Below are positions 37,157 through 46,889 of a stretch of 64,000 nucleotides of DNA, one piece after another. The position numbers were made by a program, and so were the translations under genes. The notes under the pieces are model-generated. The model saw nothing but the letters and a program-made list of their open reading frames with translations, ran no database searches and was not told where the DNA came from. The DNA comes from Euryarchaeota archaeon UBA605. Its GTDB lineage: Archaea > Thermoplasmatota > Poseidoniia > Poseidoniales > Thalassarchaeaceae. The stretch is from contig DATY01000006.1 in NCBI GenBank assembly GCA_002504905.1, positions 36,370 through 100,369 on the forward strand. Direction: 5' to 3'. Each line of letters opens with the position of its first letter. Positions within the stretch are counted from its first letter, which is position 1.

Positions 37157-38134
37157 TTATTGTAAAACAGTGGTACCAATTATCCTCATTGGATTCGCGT
37201 CCAACTGAGTAATAATTATTCGAGGTGTGTTATTTTTTCTTGTCCAAAGAGGTACTTCCCAATCGACAGTCAAGTTTGATTCTTCAATACTATTTACTCT
37301 GCCGACAATAAATTGCATATCTGTCGCAGCATGGATCACGTCACCAACTTGTAAGACTCTTTTTTGAAATGGTGCTTTTACTACACTAAATGTAGATGAT
37401 AAATTTTTATTTAATGCATTTGAATCAGCATGAACAATCATACATCCTCTGTGTAAAGCCTCTTCTCTTAGATTTCTAATTGCTAAACCGACTCGGTCTC
37501 CAGAGATTGCATAATCAACATCATCATCCATGACTTGTAAACTTCGGACTATTCCATTTTCATCTGCTGGAAGAACTTGAATAGTATCATGCTTTGAAAC
37601 GATACCTGATTGTACGTAACCTATTGCAACCAACCCTACTCCTTTCACATTAAAAAATTGATCAACTGGGAGAATTAACTGAGAATCTTCATCTTCAATA
37701 TTTTCCATAAAAGAGAATAATTTTTCTCTAATACTGTGTTCATCAGGTAATTGCTCAAATAATTCCCAGTGACTTAATCCAGACTGTTTCATTATAATTT
37801 TTACTTGTTCTGGATCTATCCAGTCTCCTGATTCTGGATTAATAATTACTAATCCCTTCTTAATTTCTGCACATCCAAATGATACACATATTTCCCCTAG
37901 TGCCGAATCAATCTTTGATATTTCGATGATCCCTGCTTTAGCCACATTTAGTACTGAAAGTAATGGTCTTATTTTCTCCGGATGTTTAAGAGGTCTGAGT
38001 AATGATATTATCTCGATTTTTCCATTTCTTTCTTCTTTGTGAACGTATGACTCAATATCTCTGACATCTCCTTTTTTAGCAATCTTTTTCGCTAAGGATT
38101 CTGAACCAACAAAGGCAATATTGAGTACTGGCAT
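37157..38134 (-). CDS. EF-Tu/SelB-like protein with a degenerate G domain
   Basis: Domain II motifs PVDQFFNVKGVGLVAIG, VRSLQ and SGDRVGLAIR; no GxxxxGK(S/T). Confidence 0.8.
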   Translation of the reverse strand: MPVLNIAFVGSESLAKKIAKKGDVRDIESYVHKEERNGKIEIISLLRPLKHPEKIRPLLSVLNVAKAGIIEISKIDSALGEICVSFGCAEIKKGLVIINPESGDWIDPEQVKIIMKQSGLSHWELFEQLPDEHSIREKLFSFMENIEDEDSQLILPVDQFFNVKGVGLVAIGYVQSGIVSKHDTIQVLPADENGIVRSLQVMDDDVDYAISGDRVGLAIRNLREEALHRGCMIVHADSNALNKNLSSTFSVVKAPFQKRVLQVGDVIHAATDMQFIVGRVNSIEESNLTVDWEVPLWTRKNNTPRIIITQLDANPMRIIGTTVLQ

Positions 38135-38191
38135 AATTATCCGAAACGTCTTTACTTGTTGAAAGGAACGGTGATTTGAATTCTAAATTTA

Positions 38192-38641
38192 CTAACTCAT
38201 TGCATCTCTAGCTTTCTGTGCTGAGTCCCACATTTCTTTCTCTTCATCTGTTTTTGGTTTAAATTGAGGTATATTAATTGCTTTCATGTCCCTATCAATT
38301 GCAACCATAAAGAAGAAACCAGAACAAATCTCTTCACCAACCCATTCAGATCTTGATAATCTACATGAGATTACATGAATTCCTGCTGTCCGAGGAGATG
38401 TCCAGACGACTCTTGCAGTAGTTCTGATTACATCTCCCTGATATGCCGGTCTTCTAAATTTTAGTGCATCAACAGATATAGTTACAAAGTTCCTATGAGC
38501 AAATTTAGATGCCGCCATTCCTGCTGCTGTATCCATGATTGACATTAGTCTTCCTCCAAATAACGTATCAAGTGCATTAGTGTCCCCAGGAAACACCTCA
38601 TTTAGTTGAATTACAGGGTCTGTTGAATAGGCCTCGTTCAT
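38192..38641 (-). CDS. Hotdog-fold acyl-CoA thioesterase
   Basis: VFPGDTNALDTLFGGRLMSIMD...FVTISVD...FMVAID. Confidence 0.9.
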   Translation of the reverse strand: MNEAYSTDPVIQLNEVFPGDTNALDTLFGGRLMSIMDTAAGMAASKFAHRNFVTISVDALKFRRPAYQGDVIRTTARVVWTSPRTAGIHVISCRLSRSEWVGEEICSGFFFMVAIDRDMKAINIPQFKPKTDEEKEMWDSAQKARDAMS

Positions 38642-38747
38642 GTCTATCGCTCCTCTCAAATACTCATCAAACTTGAACCCATCATATTATTTTATCAATT
38701 TAGGGACATTTTCTGACCGTTGTATTCAATCCTAAGTACTGTTTCGG

Positions 38748-39551
38748 ATGCATATGGATTTGCCAGCCTTGGTTTGGGAAGAGTTCCAATTTAATGACCC
38801 GGATGGCGGAAAAATTATCTTTTGGCCTCATATTCCTTGTATCCGAATGCCAGTTAAGTTACGTTCTCATTCTAATTTCCATGGAGTGGCATTTTTGACA
38901 TCATCAATAGATCTTAAATCTTGGATTATTGAGGATAAACAGGAGAAAGAAAGTCCAGGAGTTCATAGAGATTCTGCTATTGCTTCTGGAACAGTTCTAG
39001 GTCGTTTAATGACTGACTTAAACGAACTCGAATTAGATGGACCTGTAATTCCTGATCCTGAACAGTTACGTCTATTATTACATGCCAAAAATTCAAGAGG
39101 CGGGCTTCCAATTTATGCAATTGAACCAGATCTAGAAGATGAAGAATGGGTTGATTGGCAGATAAAGAGTGCAGATCAACAAGTTACTTATTCAAATTTA
39201 ATTTTGACATTAACGACTGGAAGAAGATGGAAAAAAATAAGAATGAATGCGATTAAATCAGTTACAAGTTCTAAGCTAGTTGATGCAAACTTGGGCGCTG
39301 CATCGGCTTCTTGTTTGACCTGGTGGATAGAAGAACAGAGAGGAATCTCCGATGAATTAAAAATCCTTAGGGATGAAAGATTTGTTTCAAGGATTCGCGG
39401 GGCTTTAGCTAATCTAAGAAATAGTTCTGATATGAATCATAAATTAGATGAATTAACTTTAATGGTACCTATTCATCAGGCATGGTTACCATCAATAAGA
39501 AAAGCGATTACTTCATGTACGAATGTTGAGGAGATAACCCCGGAGGAATGA
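38748..39551 (+). CDS. Hypothetical protein
   Basis: 267-aa ORF; first gene of an overlapping three-gene run. Confidence 0.7.
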   Translation: MHMDLPALVWEEFQFNDPDGGKIIFWPHIPCIRMPVKLRSHSNFHGVAFLTSSIDLKSWIIEDKQEKESPGVHRDSAIASGTVLGRLMTDLNELELDGPVIPDPEQLRLLLHAKNSRGGLPIYAIEPDLEDEEWVDWQIKSADQQVTYSNLILTLTTGRRWKKIRMNAIKSVTSSKLVDANLGAASASCLTWWIEEQRGISDELKILRDERFVSRIRGALANLRNSSDMNHKLDELTLMVPIHQAWLPSIRKAITSCTNVEEITPEE

Positions 39552-40081
39552 TAATGGATGAAACCAAAATTAACCTTGACGTTGAAACACAGACTTTTCG
39601 TTTCACTCCATCAGAGCCAATAAACCATGAAGAAGCTGTCAGTTTAGGTAATGGAATTAAATCGGGAGAATTTGTTGTAATTATCCATGAAAACCCTCAC
39701 GCAACACTTGTAGTTGAACCTGAGGGGTCCGTTTTAGTTCATGGGATTTCAAGAACCGAAGTTGCTCGTTTAGCGGTACAAGAATTATTACTTACTCTTG
39801 GTATGTCAGATGAATGGCTGTTAGTTGAGTCAGGTGAAATGATAATTCGATTTTCCTTAGGTAGAGCTGTGTTAATGCAGTTAGCAGCAGATCGTTTTTC
39901 CGAGATCAATCTAGATTCTAGAATTGGTGCTTTGAGGATAAATGCCGAAAGACATAAATGTAGTATTTTATTATTCAATAATGGGCATGGTATAGTGATG
40001 AAACAGACCTCTAAAAGAATAGCAGAGATGGCAATTAGACATTGGTCATCACAGTTGAATGATGAGGGCGCATTGGCGTGA
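39548..40081 (+). CDS. Divergent TATA-binding-protein-fold protein
   Basis: 177 aa with two ~90-aa repeats matching the TBP pattern (PHATLVVEPEGSVLVHG..SRTEVARLAV; HKCSILLFNNGHGIVMKQTSKRIAEMAI); GGAGG SD. Confidence 0.6.
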   Translation: MIMDETKINLDVETQTFRFTPSEPINHEEAVSLGNGIKSGEFVVIIHENPHATLVVEPEGSVLVHGISRTEVARLAVQELLLTLGMSDEWLLVESGEMIIRFSLGRAVLMQLAADRFSEINLDSRIGALRINAERHKCSILLFNNGHGIVMKQTSKRIAEMAIRHWSSQLNDEGALA

Positions 40082-40085
40082 GAAT

Positions 40086-40964
40086 ATGTTTAATCACGGC
40101 CGTTGGGAAGGGCCAATATTAGACCAGCATATGCATTTAGATCGCAATAATCGATATTTAGATGCAGTTTCTGAGTTTGTAAATTCGGGAGGTACTGCCA
40201 TTAATCTTGTACATAAACCAGATTTTTCAAATCTGCCTCTATCAATTTCAGATTACCAATTAGCATATGGTGATACTATTGACATGGCAAGAGAGATAAG
40301 AGAAAAGTTTGGCATTAAAGTCTCTGTTATTCTTGGTCCTCATCCTATTTCTTGGGAGAAGCAAATACATACAATTGGCTTGGAAGAATCAACTCAATTG
40401 CATCTTGAAGCAGTAAAACTCGCGATACAATATATTTCTTCAGGAGATGCAGTTTGTCTCGGTGAAGTTGGACGACCACATTATCCTGTAGATAAAGGAA
40501 TCTGGAATGCAGCAAATGATTTATTATTAGAAATAATGAAATTAGCTGCGGAAGAAAAAATCAGTATACAACTTCATGTAGAAGATAATGGTGAGAAAAC
40601 ATATTCCGATTTAGCTAAATTATGTGATAAGGCTAGTTTTCCTAGACATCTTGCAATCAGGCATTATGCTCCTGCGAATATCCGCAATGATTTCACTCAT
40701 GGCTTGAGTGTTACAGTAAGCGTCGGTAAAGATAGTATTTCAAAAATAGTAGAAAGCCTGCCATATTGTAAATCATATTGGGGGATGGAAACAGATTTTC
40801 TTGATGATATTAACCGTCCAGGAGCAGTACTTGGTCCAAAGACAATACCAAAAAGAACTCATCAATTAGCGAATAAATTAATAGAATCTGGCTATTCAAA
40901 AGAACAGATCAATGAAATTATGGAAAATATTCACTCCAACTGGCCACAGATTCTTTATTCTTGA
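40086..40964 (+). CDS. TatD-related metal-dependent hydrolase (archaeal)
   Basis: DQHMH, GPHP, GEVGRPHY, QLHVE and METDFLDDINRPGAVLGPKT motifs. Confidence 0.88.
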   Translation: MFNHGRWEGPILDQHMHLDRNNRYLDAVSEFVNSGGTAINLVHKPDFSNLPLSISDYQLAYGDTIDMAREIREKFGIKVSVILGPHPISWEKQIHTIGLEESTQLHLEAVKLAIQYISSGDAVCLGEVGRPHYPVDKGIWNAANDLLLEIMKLAAEEKISIQLHVEDNGEKTYSDLAKLCDKASFPRHLAIRHYAPANIRNDFTHGLSVTVSVGKDSISKIVESLPYCKSYWGMETDFLDDINRPGAVLGPKTIPKRTHQLANKLIESGYSKEQINEIMENIHSNWPQILYS

Positions 40965-41185
40965 AAAGGAGATTTTAGTTTTGGTGTAAAAGTCATTATT
41001 CCACCTAAGAAGAATAGTATAACACAAAAAGTAAAGAAATAGAATTCTCCAATCGGAACAGGCTGATTCATTATTTCTTCAAAACCAATCCTTAGTAAAG
41101 GTCCATTAATGGGTAAAAATAGTATCATCAACAGAATTCCAAGTCTCTGGCGTACAAGCATAAACCTCGGATATGGTAATGACAT
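40955..41185 (-). CDS. Small 2-TM membrane protein
   Basis: 76 aa with two hydrophobic helices; fills the gap between TatD and the tRNA. Confidence 0.6.
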   Translation of the reverse strand: MSLPYPRFMLVRQRLGILLMILFLPINGPLLRIGFEEIMNQPVPIGEFYFFTFCVILFFLGGIMTFTPKLKSPFQE

Positions 41186-41239
41186 TTGAACGGATGTAAC
41201 CGAACTAGTTTAGAAAGGTCATATCCTCCGATGGCTTAC

Positions 41240-41314
41240 GCGCCTGTAGTGAAGGGGTTATCACCTGAGGTTTCCAACCTCATGTCCCGGGTTCAAATCC
41301 CGGCGGGCGCACCA
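41240..41314 (+). tRNA. tRNA-Gly (TCC), CCA encoded
   Basis: GCGCCTG...TGAGG-TTTCCAA-CCTCA...GGTTCAAATCC...CGGGCGC-ACCA. Confidence 0.95.
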
Positions 41315-41366
41315 TATACAAGCAGTCAAGTGAAGCATTCAAACACTACCTGTTCTCCGGCGGGGC

Positions 41367-43268
41367 ATGTCGAAAGCCAGTCATCCGGCCTCTGGGAAAG
41401 ATGTCATAGTCTCATCGATTAGTAAAGATGCATCAGACCTTTCTGAAGAGAGACAAATAGTTGGGCGACAGATTTGGAGAATTTTACCTTATGTAACCAA
41501 ATATTGGGAGAGGGCAATTGGAGGTCTTCTAGCTAATATTGGTGCTAGGATTTTTGATCTCGTTCCATTGATTGCTATTGGTATGGCTGCCGATTACTAT
41601 AATCCAGAAAACTCTCAATTTACTAATTCAAGAGTTGAAAAGTTTGTTACACTTGATGTAATACCAAACTTAGGTCCGATTGATTCTACAGAACTAGGCT
41701 TTGGATTACTAATTTTTACATCATTTGTATTTCTTGCAATATTTCAGGGATTAAGTAACCAACTTTGGCAGTCAATTGCTTACAAAGCTCAGCACGATAT
41801 AAGGATGGATGCTACTAAATCTTTGATGGATATGGAAGCTTCTTATTTTGAAACAAGACAGACTGGTAATTTGATGTCAGTTTTATCGGCTGATGTTGCA
41901 CAGCTAGAAGATATTATTTCTGATTCATCTACTAGTATTATTAGGATTATTACAACTCTTAGTACGGCATTTTTTATTCTTTTTTGGATGTCTCCTACAC
42001 TCTGTATGATATTATTTGGACCATTGTTTATGATTGTTCCAATGGTAATTTGGTTTTCCACTAGAGTTCAAAGAAAGTATCGTCAACAAAGGGAAAGTAC
42101 TGGTGGAATAGTTGCAATATTAGAAAATGTACTATCTGGAATTACAGTAGTTCAGGCATATAATGCAAGTGATTTCGAGAGAGTTAGAATCGAGGGACAA
42201 AGTGGTAATTATAGAGATCAAGCTATACAAGCAGCCTTCATCAGAAATCGTTTTATTCCTGGATTCCATATTGTGGCTGGAATTTCATTTGGACTATTAG
42301 TATCAGCAGGAGGGTGGTTAATGAATTCTGGTCAAATTAGCGTGGGTCAGTTTGTAACATTTTTACTGATATCTACCAGAATGACTATGCCGTTGTGGAT
42401 CCTTGGAATGTTGTTAAATCAATTACAAAAAGGAGAAGCTGCTTCACGTCGTGTTTTTGCAGTTATTGATCTTGAACCATCTATTTATGATAAGGAAGAT
42501 GCATTACATCTCGAAGATCCTATAACAAGTATGTCTTTTGAAGATGTATCATTTTCCTATCCTTCTTCTGAATCAAATGTTCTTAATAATATAAATTTGA
42601 AGGTTTCTTCTGGAGAATTTTTAGGAGTCATGGGTCACACAGGAGCAGGTAAAAGTACAATACTGAAATTGATAGAAAAATTCTATGAACCGCAACATGG
42701 AAAAGTTCTGATTAATGGAAAAGATATCAATAATTTTTCCATTAAATCAGTTAGATCAAAGATTGGTTTTGTCTCTCAGGACCCATTCCTTTTTTATGGG
42801 ACAATCAAGGAAAATGTCTCATATGCAAGAGATGCTACTGATGAGGAGATTTTCAATGCTTTAGATATGGCAGGAGCATCAGAATTTATTTCACAATTGC
42901 CGAATGGATTAGAATCAATGGTAGGAGATAGAGGGGTAATGCTATCTGGTGGACAAAGAGCAAGAATTAGTCTTGCTAGGGCTTTATTGAATGACCCTGA
43001 TCTTCTAATTCTAGATGAAGCCAGTGCCGCATTAGACGCCGAAACTGAGAAAAGAATTCAACAGTCACTTTTCGGTGGTTCAAACGGTAAGAAGCGTAGA
43101 TTAACAATAGCCGTAGCTCATAGACTTGCTACTATAAGAAACGCTGATGAAATAATATCAATGGTAGATGGTGCAATAGTTGAAAGAGGAAAGCATGAAG
43201 AATTGCTTAGAAACGAAAGCGTTTATGCTTCACAATGGTCTATCCAAACTGGCGAAATTGAAACTTAG
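41367..43268 (+). CDS. ABC exporter, fused TMD + NBD (MsbA/MdlB-like)
   Basis: Six-TM domain, GHTGAGKST, LSGGQ, LILDEA and AHRL motifs. Confidence 0.93.
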   Translation: MSKASHPASGKDVIVSSISKDASDLSEERQIVGRQIWRILPYVTKYWERAIGGLLANIGARIFDLVPLIAIGMAADYYNPENSQFTNSRVEKFVTLDVIPNLGPIDSTELGFGLLIFTSFVFLAIFQGLSNQLWQSIAYKAQHDIRMDATKSLMDMEASYFETRQTGNLMSVLSADVAQLEDIISDSSTSIIRIITTLSTAFFILFWMSPTLCMILFGPLFMIVPMVIWFSTRVQRKYRQQRESTGGIVAILENVLSGITVVQAYNASDFERVRIEGQSGNYRDQAIQAAFIRNRFIPGFHIVAGISFGLLVSAGGWLMNSGQISVGQFVTFLLISTRMTMPLWILGMLLNQLQKGEAASRRVFAVIDLEPSIYDKEDALHLEDPITSMSFEDVSFSYPSSESNVLNNINLKVSSGEFLGVMGHTGAGKSTILKLIEKFYEPQHGKVLINGKDINNFSIKSVRSKIGFVSQDPFLFYGTIKENVSYARDATDEEIFNALDMAGASEFISQLPNGLESMVGDRGVMLSGGQRARISLARALLNDPDLLILDEASAALDAETEKRIQQSLFGGSNGKKRRLTIAVAHRLATIRNADEIISMVDGAIVERGKHEELLRNESVYASQWSIQTGEIET

Positions 43269-43279
43269 GTGGGAACAGA

Positions 43280-43981
43280 TTGGATATTGAATGGATAACC
43301 GTGGAACCAGGAAAAGTATTCATTGGTTCAGACAATCGGTCCATACTTTTCGGAGGAATTGGTCCTAGACATGAGGTAAAAATAGACTACAATTACGAAA
43401 TATCATATTTGCCCGTAAGTTCAAAAATTTCTAAAAAATTTCTTGAAAGTAAAGATTGTTACATTGCATCTGAATCGGAATGGTCACTTGCAATGAAAAG
43501 AAAATTAATTTTTGGAAATAATCAAGTTGAAGAATTATCAGACAGGATTCGTGGTTCTTATTGGTCGAAATACTGTGATGGTAGGCCGTTTATAGAGGAT
43601 AATTGGTTAATGAAAGTTTCACGTACTTGGATTTCAGAAACCCCATCAATTACTTCGATTCCAAAAGGAGAGAAATCAGAATATGTTCGTCTGGTCAGAA
43701 GATTAGATGTCGAATATAATGATTCTTCGGCTCCAAAATTGCCAAACTCTTCAGATAAATCTAAATTATTATTAGAAGAATTCATGATTTCATTGATTAT
43801 TGGAATTATCCCCTCATTTATATGGGCGAATTTTAATGCCAGTTCAGGATATATTTCAGACGCCTGGTTGAATTTAGTATTTGGAGGATTATTTATTGGA
43901 GTATTTTCAGCTATATTCTGGAGACCGAAAACTAAATCTTGGAGAGTTGGAAATAACTGTGGTAAGATGAAAGTGATTTAA
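43280..43981 (+). CDS. Hypothetical protein with a degenerate FGE-sulfatase-like N-terminus and two C-terminal TM helices
   Basis: WITVEPGKVFIGS...PRHEVKIDYNYEISYLPVS...SESEW resembles the FGE/SUMF1 opening motifs. Confidence 0.55.
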   Translation: MDIEWITVEPGKVFIGSDNRSILFGGIGPRHEVKIDYNYEISYLPVSSKISKKFLESKDCYIASESEWSLAMKRKLIFGNNQVEELSDRIRGSYWSKYCDGRPFIEDNWLMKVSRTWISETPSITSIPKGEKSEYVRLVRRLDVEYNDSSAPKLPNSSDKSKLLLEEFMISLIIGIIPSFIWANFNASSGYISDAWLNLVFGGLFIGVFSAIFWRPKTKSWRVGNNCGKMKVI

Positions 43982-45066
43982 CGAGATCTATCATCTATTT
44001 GTAGGCCCGATTTACCTCTTAAGATTCTACTCCAACCTGTTAATACTCCCATTCCATAGTTCCAGTGTAATGTATAAGTTGCTATTGATGATAAGAAAAT
44101 AGTTTTCTTTGTTTTACTAGGGGAGTTTCCTTTCCAAGATCCATACCAAGCTAATAGATTATACAATAAAATAAGTGTGGGTAATGTATGAACTCCTAAT
44201 CTAGGTAGTCCCATAGGTATTGTCGATAATCTAATGTCCCAAAATTCAGGCCATGCCAACCCTCCATTTGCTAGTCCCCAGAAAAAAAATCCAAATGCTG
44301 CTACTACCAATGGGGGGAAAAATGCAACTACTGTATGCGTAGGTGCTCTGAGCTCAGGATATTGGTGACTAGCTAAAGTTCTTACAAGTCCGTAATTTCT
44401 AATTTGTTTCTTTACTCTAGATAGATTCCTTCTTCGATGCCACATTACAGCACTTCTATCAGTCCACAATTTTTTCCCAGTCAGTCTGATTTTATGATCA
44501 AGCATCACATCTTCTGCTCCAATAGCGCCTTGATCAAATCCGCCGACTTCCTCAAGAACAGAACGTCTGTAAGAACTATTTACTCCAGGAAGTTGATTAA
44601 CTTCATCCAGTTCTTTCTTGCCTAACTTACCATAATTAGTTCCAGCAGTAAATATCGTGCTACAAAATGCAACATCTATTACTTGCTGCCACATTGTTGA
44701 TTCTTTTACTGGAGCAAAATTTGGTCCACCTACTCCACTTACATCTTCATTCTCATACCATGGTACCAATTTTTCAATCCAATTTTCGGGTACAATCACA
44801 TCATCGTCAGTGAAAAAAATCAGTTCAGAATTAGTTGAGTCAATTGCTACATTACATGCATCTGCTCTAGTTCTCGAGCCTTCATCATCAATAAATCGAA
44901 TATTATTCTCTTGGCATACACTTTTTCCCGGATCATTTGTTGGACCTACAACCACTATTTCGATTTCTCCAACATATGTCTGTTTTCTTAGACCTTTTAA
45001 TACAATATCTAACTCTTCATGGTTCCTAACACTAGGAATGATGACTGTAACTGAGGGGTGACTCAC
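43978..45066 (-). CDS. GT2 glycosyltransferase
   Basis: VTVIIP, FFTDDD, GGFD...AED and C-terminal TM helices. Confidence 0.9.
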   Translation of the reverse strand: MSHPSVTVIIPSVRNHEELDIVLKGLRKQTYVGEIEIVVVGPTNDPGKSVCQENNIRFIDDEGSRTRADACNVAIDSTNSELIFFTDDDVIVPENWIEKLVPWYENEDVSGVGGPNFAPVKESTMWQQVIDVAFCSTIFTAGTNYGKLGKKELDEVNQLPGVNSSYRRSVLEEVGGFDQGAIGAEDVMLDHKIRLTGKKLWTDRSAVMWHRRRNLSRVKKQIRNYGLVRTLASHQYPELRAPTHTVVAFFPPLVVAAFGFFFWGLANGGLAWPEFWDIRLSTIPMGLPRLGVHTLPTLILLYNLLAWYGSWKGNSPSKTKKTIFLSSIATYTLHWNYGMGVLTGWSRILRGKSGLQIDDRSR

Positions 45067-45110
45067 GACTTACCGTAAGAGTCTACACTTTCAATAACAT
45101 CGATTAGTAA

Positions 45111-45860
45111 TCATGGATCATTTGTGACTCTAGGTGCTAGGAAGTAAACCCAACTAGCCCCTCCATCATTACTATTCCAAGTCAGTCTTAGGGGATATTT
45201 ATCTTGGAACTCTAACGTTACTGAATCTGTTAATCCACTTGCTAATTTTCTTGTTAGAGGATCTAGGAATTGTAGAGAATATGTTGATTGTGTAGGGTTA
45301 GCGGCAACTAACTCACTTAATTCACCTGCATCAAATCTTACATTCACGGATTCACCAGCTTCCACAGTTACTGAAACGCTCATCTGATTAGAATCAAGAC
45401 TTAAATCTACTAATTCTCCAACAAATTTTGCTGCTCTTAACGCATTAGAAAGTTTAGAGGCATCTATAGTCGCTCTACTATCGAATGACAACTGTGGCAT
45501 TTTTGGCTCATTCATCGTCGCCGTATCTAAACCCCTTAGAATTCTGTGTACTGCTCCGACTCTAACATTTATTGCTCCAATAGCTTTGTCATAATCTAAT
45601 TCTACTAAATCCGAAGGACCTGCTAGGCTCAATAAGTCTCTTAATTTGGCAAGTTCTAAACCAATTTCAACGGGCTCAACTTCATATGTTTCAAAGCATG
45701 CATCACCTATAGTTGCGGATAGCAAAGCCACATGTGATCCATCGACTACATTTATCTGAAGTCCATTTTCTTTCCAAACCAATTTTGCTTCTTCTGTCAA
45801 TACAGAAAGTAAGTCTACTATTTCTTTCATTAATTGCGTATTTGCTGTGACTCTCAACAT
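45111..45860 (-). CDS. pcn: DNA polymerase sliding clamp PCNA
   Basis: VDGSHVAL, STYSLQFL, YPLRL and YFLAPRV motifs. Confidence 0.92.
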   Translation of the reverse strand: MLRVTANTQLMKEIVDLLSVLTEEAKLVWKENGLQINVVDGSHVALLSATIGDACFETYEVEPVEIGLELAKLRDLLSLAGPSDLVELDYDKAIGAINVRVGAVHRILRGLDTATMNEPKMPQLSFDSRATIDASKLSNALRAAKFVGELVDLSLDSNQMSVSVTVEAGESVNVRFDAGELSELVAANPTQSTYSLQFLDPLTRKLASGLTDSVTLEFQDKYPLRLTWNSNDGGASWVYFLAPRVTNDP

Positions 45861-45960
45861 CTTGCCACCTCTTCCCTGCTGTACCCTTGACTGCGGGTTA
45901 TTCATGCTTATGTTTCAGCGATTTGGTATTTTATAGTAAAAAGTTGATTTTTTTTGAATA

Positions 45961-46341
45961 TTATTGGTATTCTCTGAACTTATGTCCACAACTCTCACAA
46001 GTACAGATTTTTGTTTCCGGTTCATCAGAAGATCTGGTCTGCATTAGCACAACAAATATTCTATCTTCATCACATTTTGGACAAAGATAATCTCCAACCC
46101 ATAGAGTTCCTTGAGCCACAGTTTCAGGTACAACTTCATTCAAATGTCTAAGAGATGAAGTTTCACTTGTAGTTGCAGCCTTGGATAGGTCGATGGTTTC
46201 TCCAGTCATTGGATCGGTAAATTCTGCACCTTTACCATCTTTTCCAGCCAAGGGGCCTTCATAACCACAAGTATAATTTGTACATCTGATATTTCCATTA
46301 CCTTCCATAAAACCTAATGTTCCGCATTCTGGACAAAACAT
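45961..46341 (-). CDS. tfs: Transcription elongation/cleavage factor TFS (RpoM family)
   Basis: MFCPECG N-terminal ribbon and CPKC...QTRSSDEPET...CESCGHKFREY. Confidence 0.93.
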   Translation of the reverse strand: MFCPECGTLGFMEGNGNIRCTNYTCGYEGPLAGKDGKGAEFTDPMTGETIDLSKAATTSETSSLRHLNEVVPETVAQGTLWVGDYLCPKCDEDRIFVVLMQTRSSDEPETKICTCESCGHKFREYQ

Positions 46342-46436
46342 GACTCACACCAACTGTTGATTGTGTAACCAACCGAATATTGGTAAATCATCATCTTATT
46401 GAACATTACTAATACTTGAACTCTTAATTAATAATA

Positions 46437-46811
46437 TTAAGAGAATAAAGAAAATCCGATTTTATATCCTAACCAAGCCAAACCCAAACTGCCGATAATT
46501 GTTATTGCGACATAAAAAAGGGAGATAGAAAAATCATTTTCTGTGAGATTTATTGTATCCATTGCGAATGCTGACATAGTAGTAAACGCACCTAATAAAC
46601 CAGTTCCAAATAATAGTACATAATCTTGATTAATAATTGCATCCGCAGCAATGACTCCAAACATTAATCCTAGTAGCATTGAACCCAATAAATTAACAGT
46701 TATTGTACCATATGGCATCTGTTCGGATGGGATTATCTCTGTAACCAAATATCTCAAGATTGAGCCTATTGCGCCGCCTAGACCAACTAATATTACCAAC
46801 CTTCCATCCAT
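46437..46811 (-). CDS. crcB: Fluoride channel Fluc/CrcB
   Basis: GGAIGSILRY, GTITVNLLGS and GLLGAFTTMSAF motifs. Confidence 0.93.
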   Translation of the reverse strand: MDGRLVILVGLGGAIGSILRYLVTEIIPSEQMPYGTITVNLLGSMLLGLMFGVIAADAIINQDYVLLFGTGLLGAFTTMSAFAMDTINLTENDFSISLFYVAITIIGSLGLAWLGYKIGFSLFS

Positions 46812-46889
46812 GAGATGGCTAATAGATATCAGTTTTCATGTCTTCGCTACTATCGTGAGATTGAAGCATGAAGTCGTCGTCGAGAGGTT

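Noticed and set aside
4820-41314. Integrated element bounded by the two tRNA-Gly genes
   Set aside because: They are different complete isoacceptors on opposite strands, with no partial att duplication, no integrase, and core genes in between.
41186-41422. 78-aa ORF in the ORF track
   Set aside because: It overlaps tRNA-Gly(TCC), so it is spurious.
46812-46889. Fluoride riboswitch upstream of crcB
   Set aside because: No GGCGAUGG...GCUGAUGAC-like consensus; the short gap is accounted for by divergent promoters.
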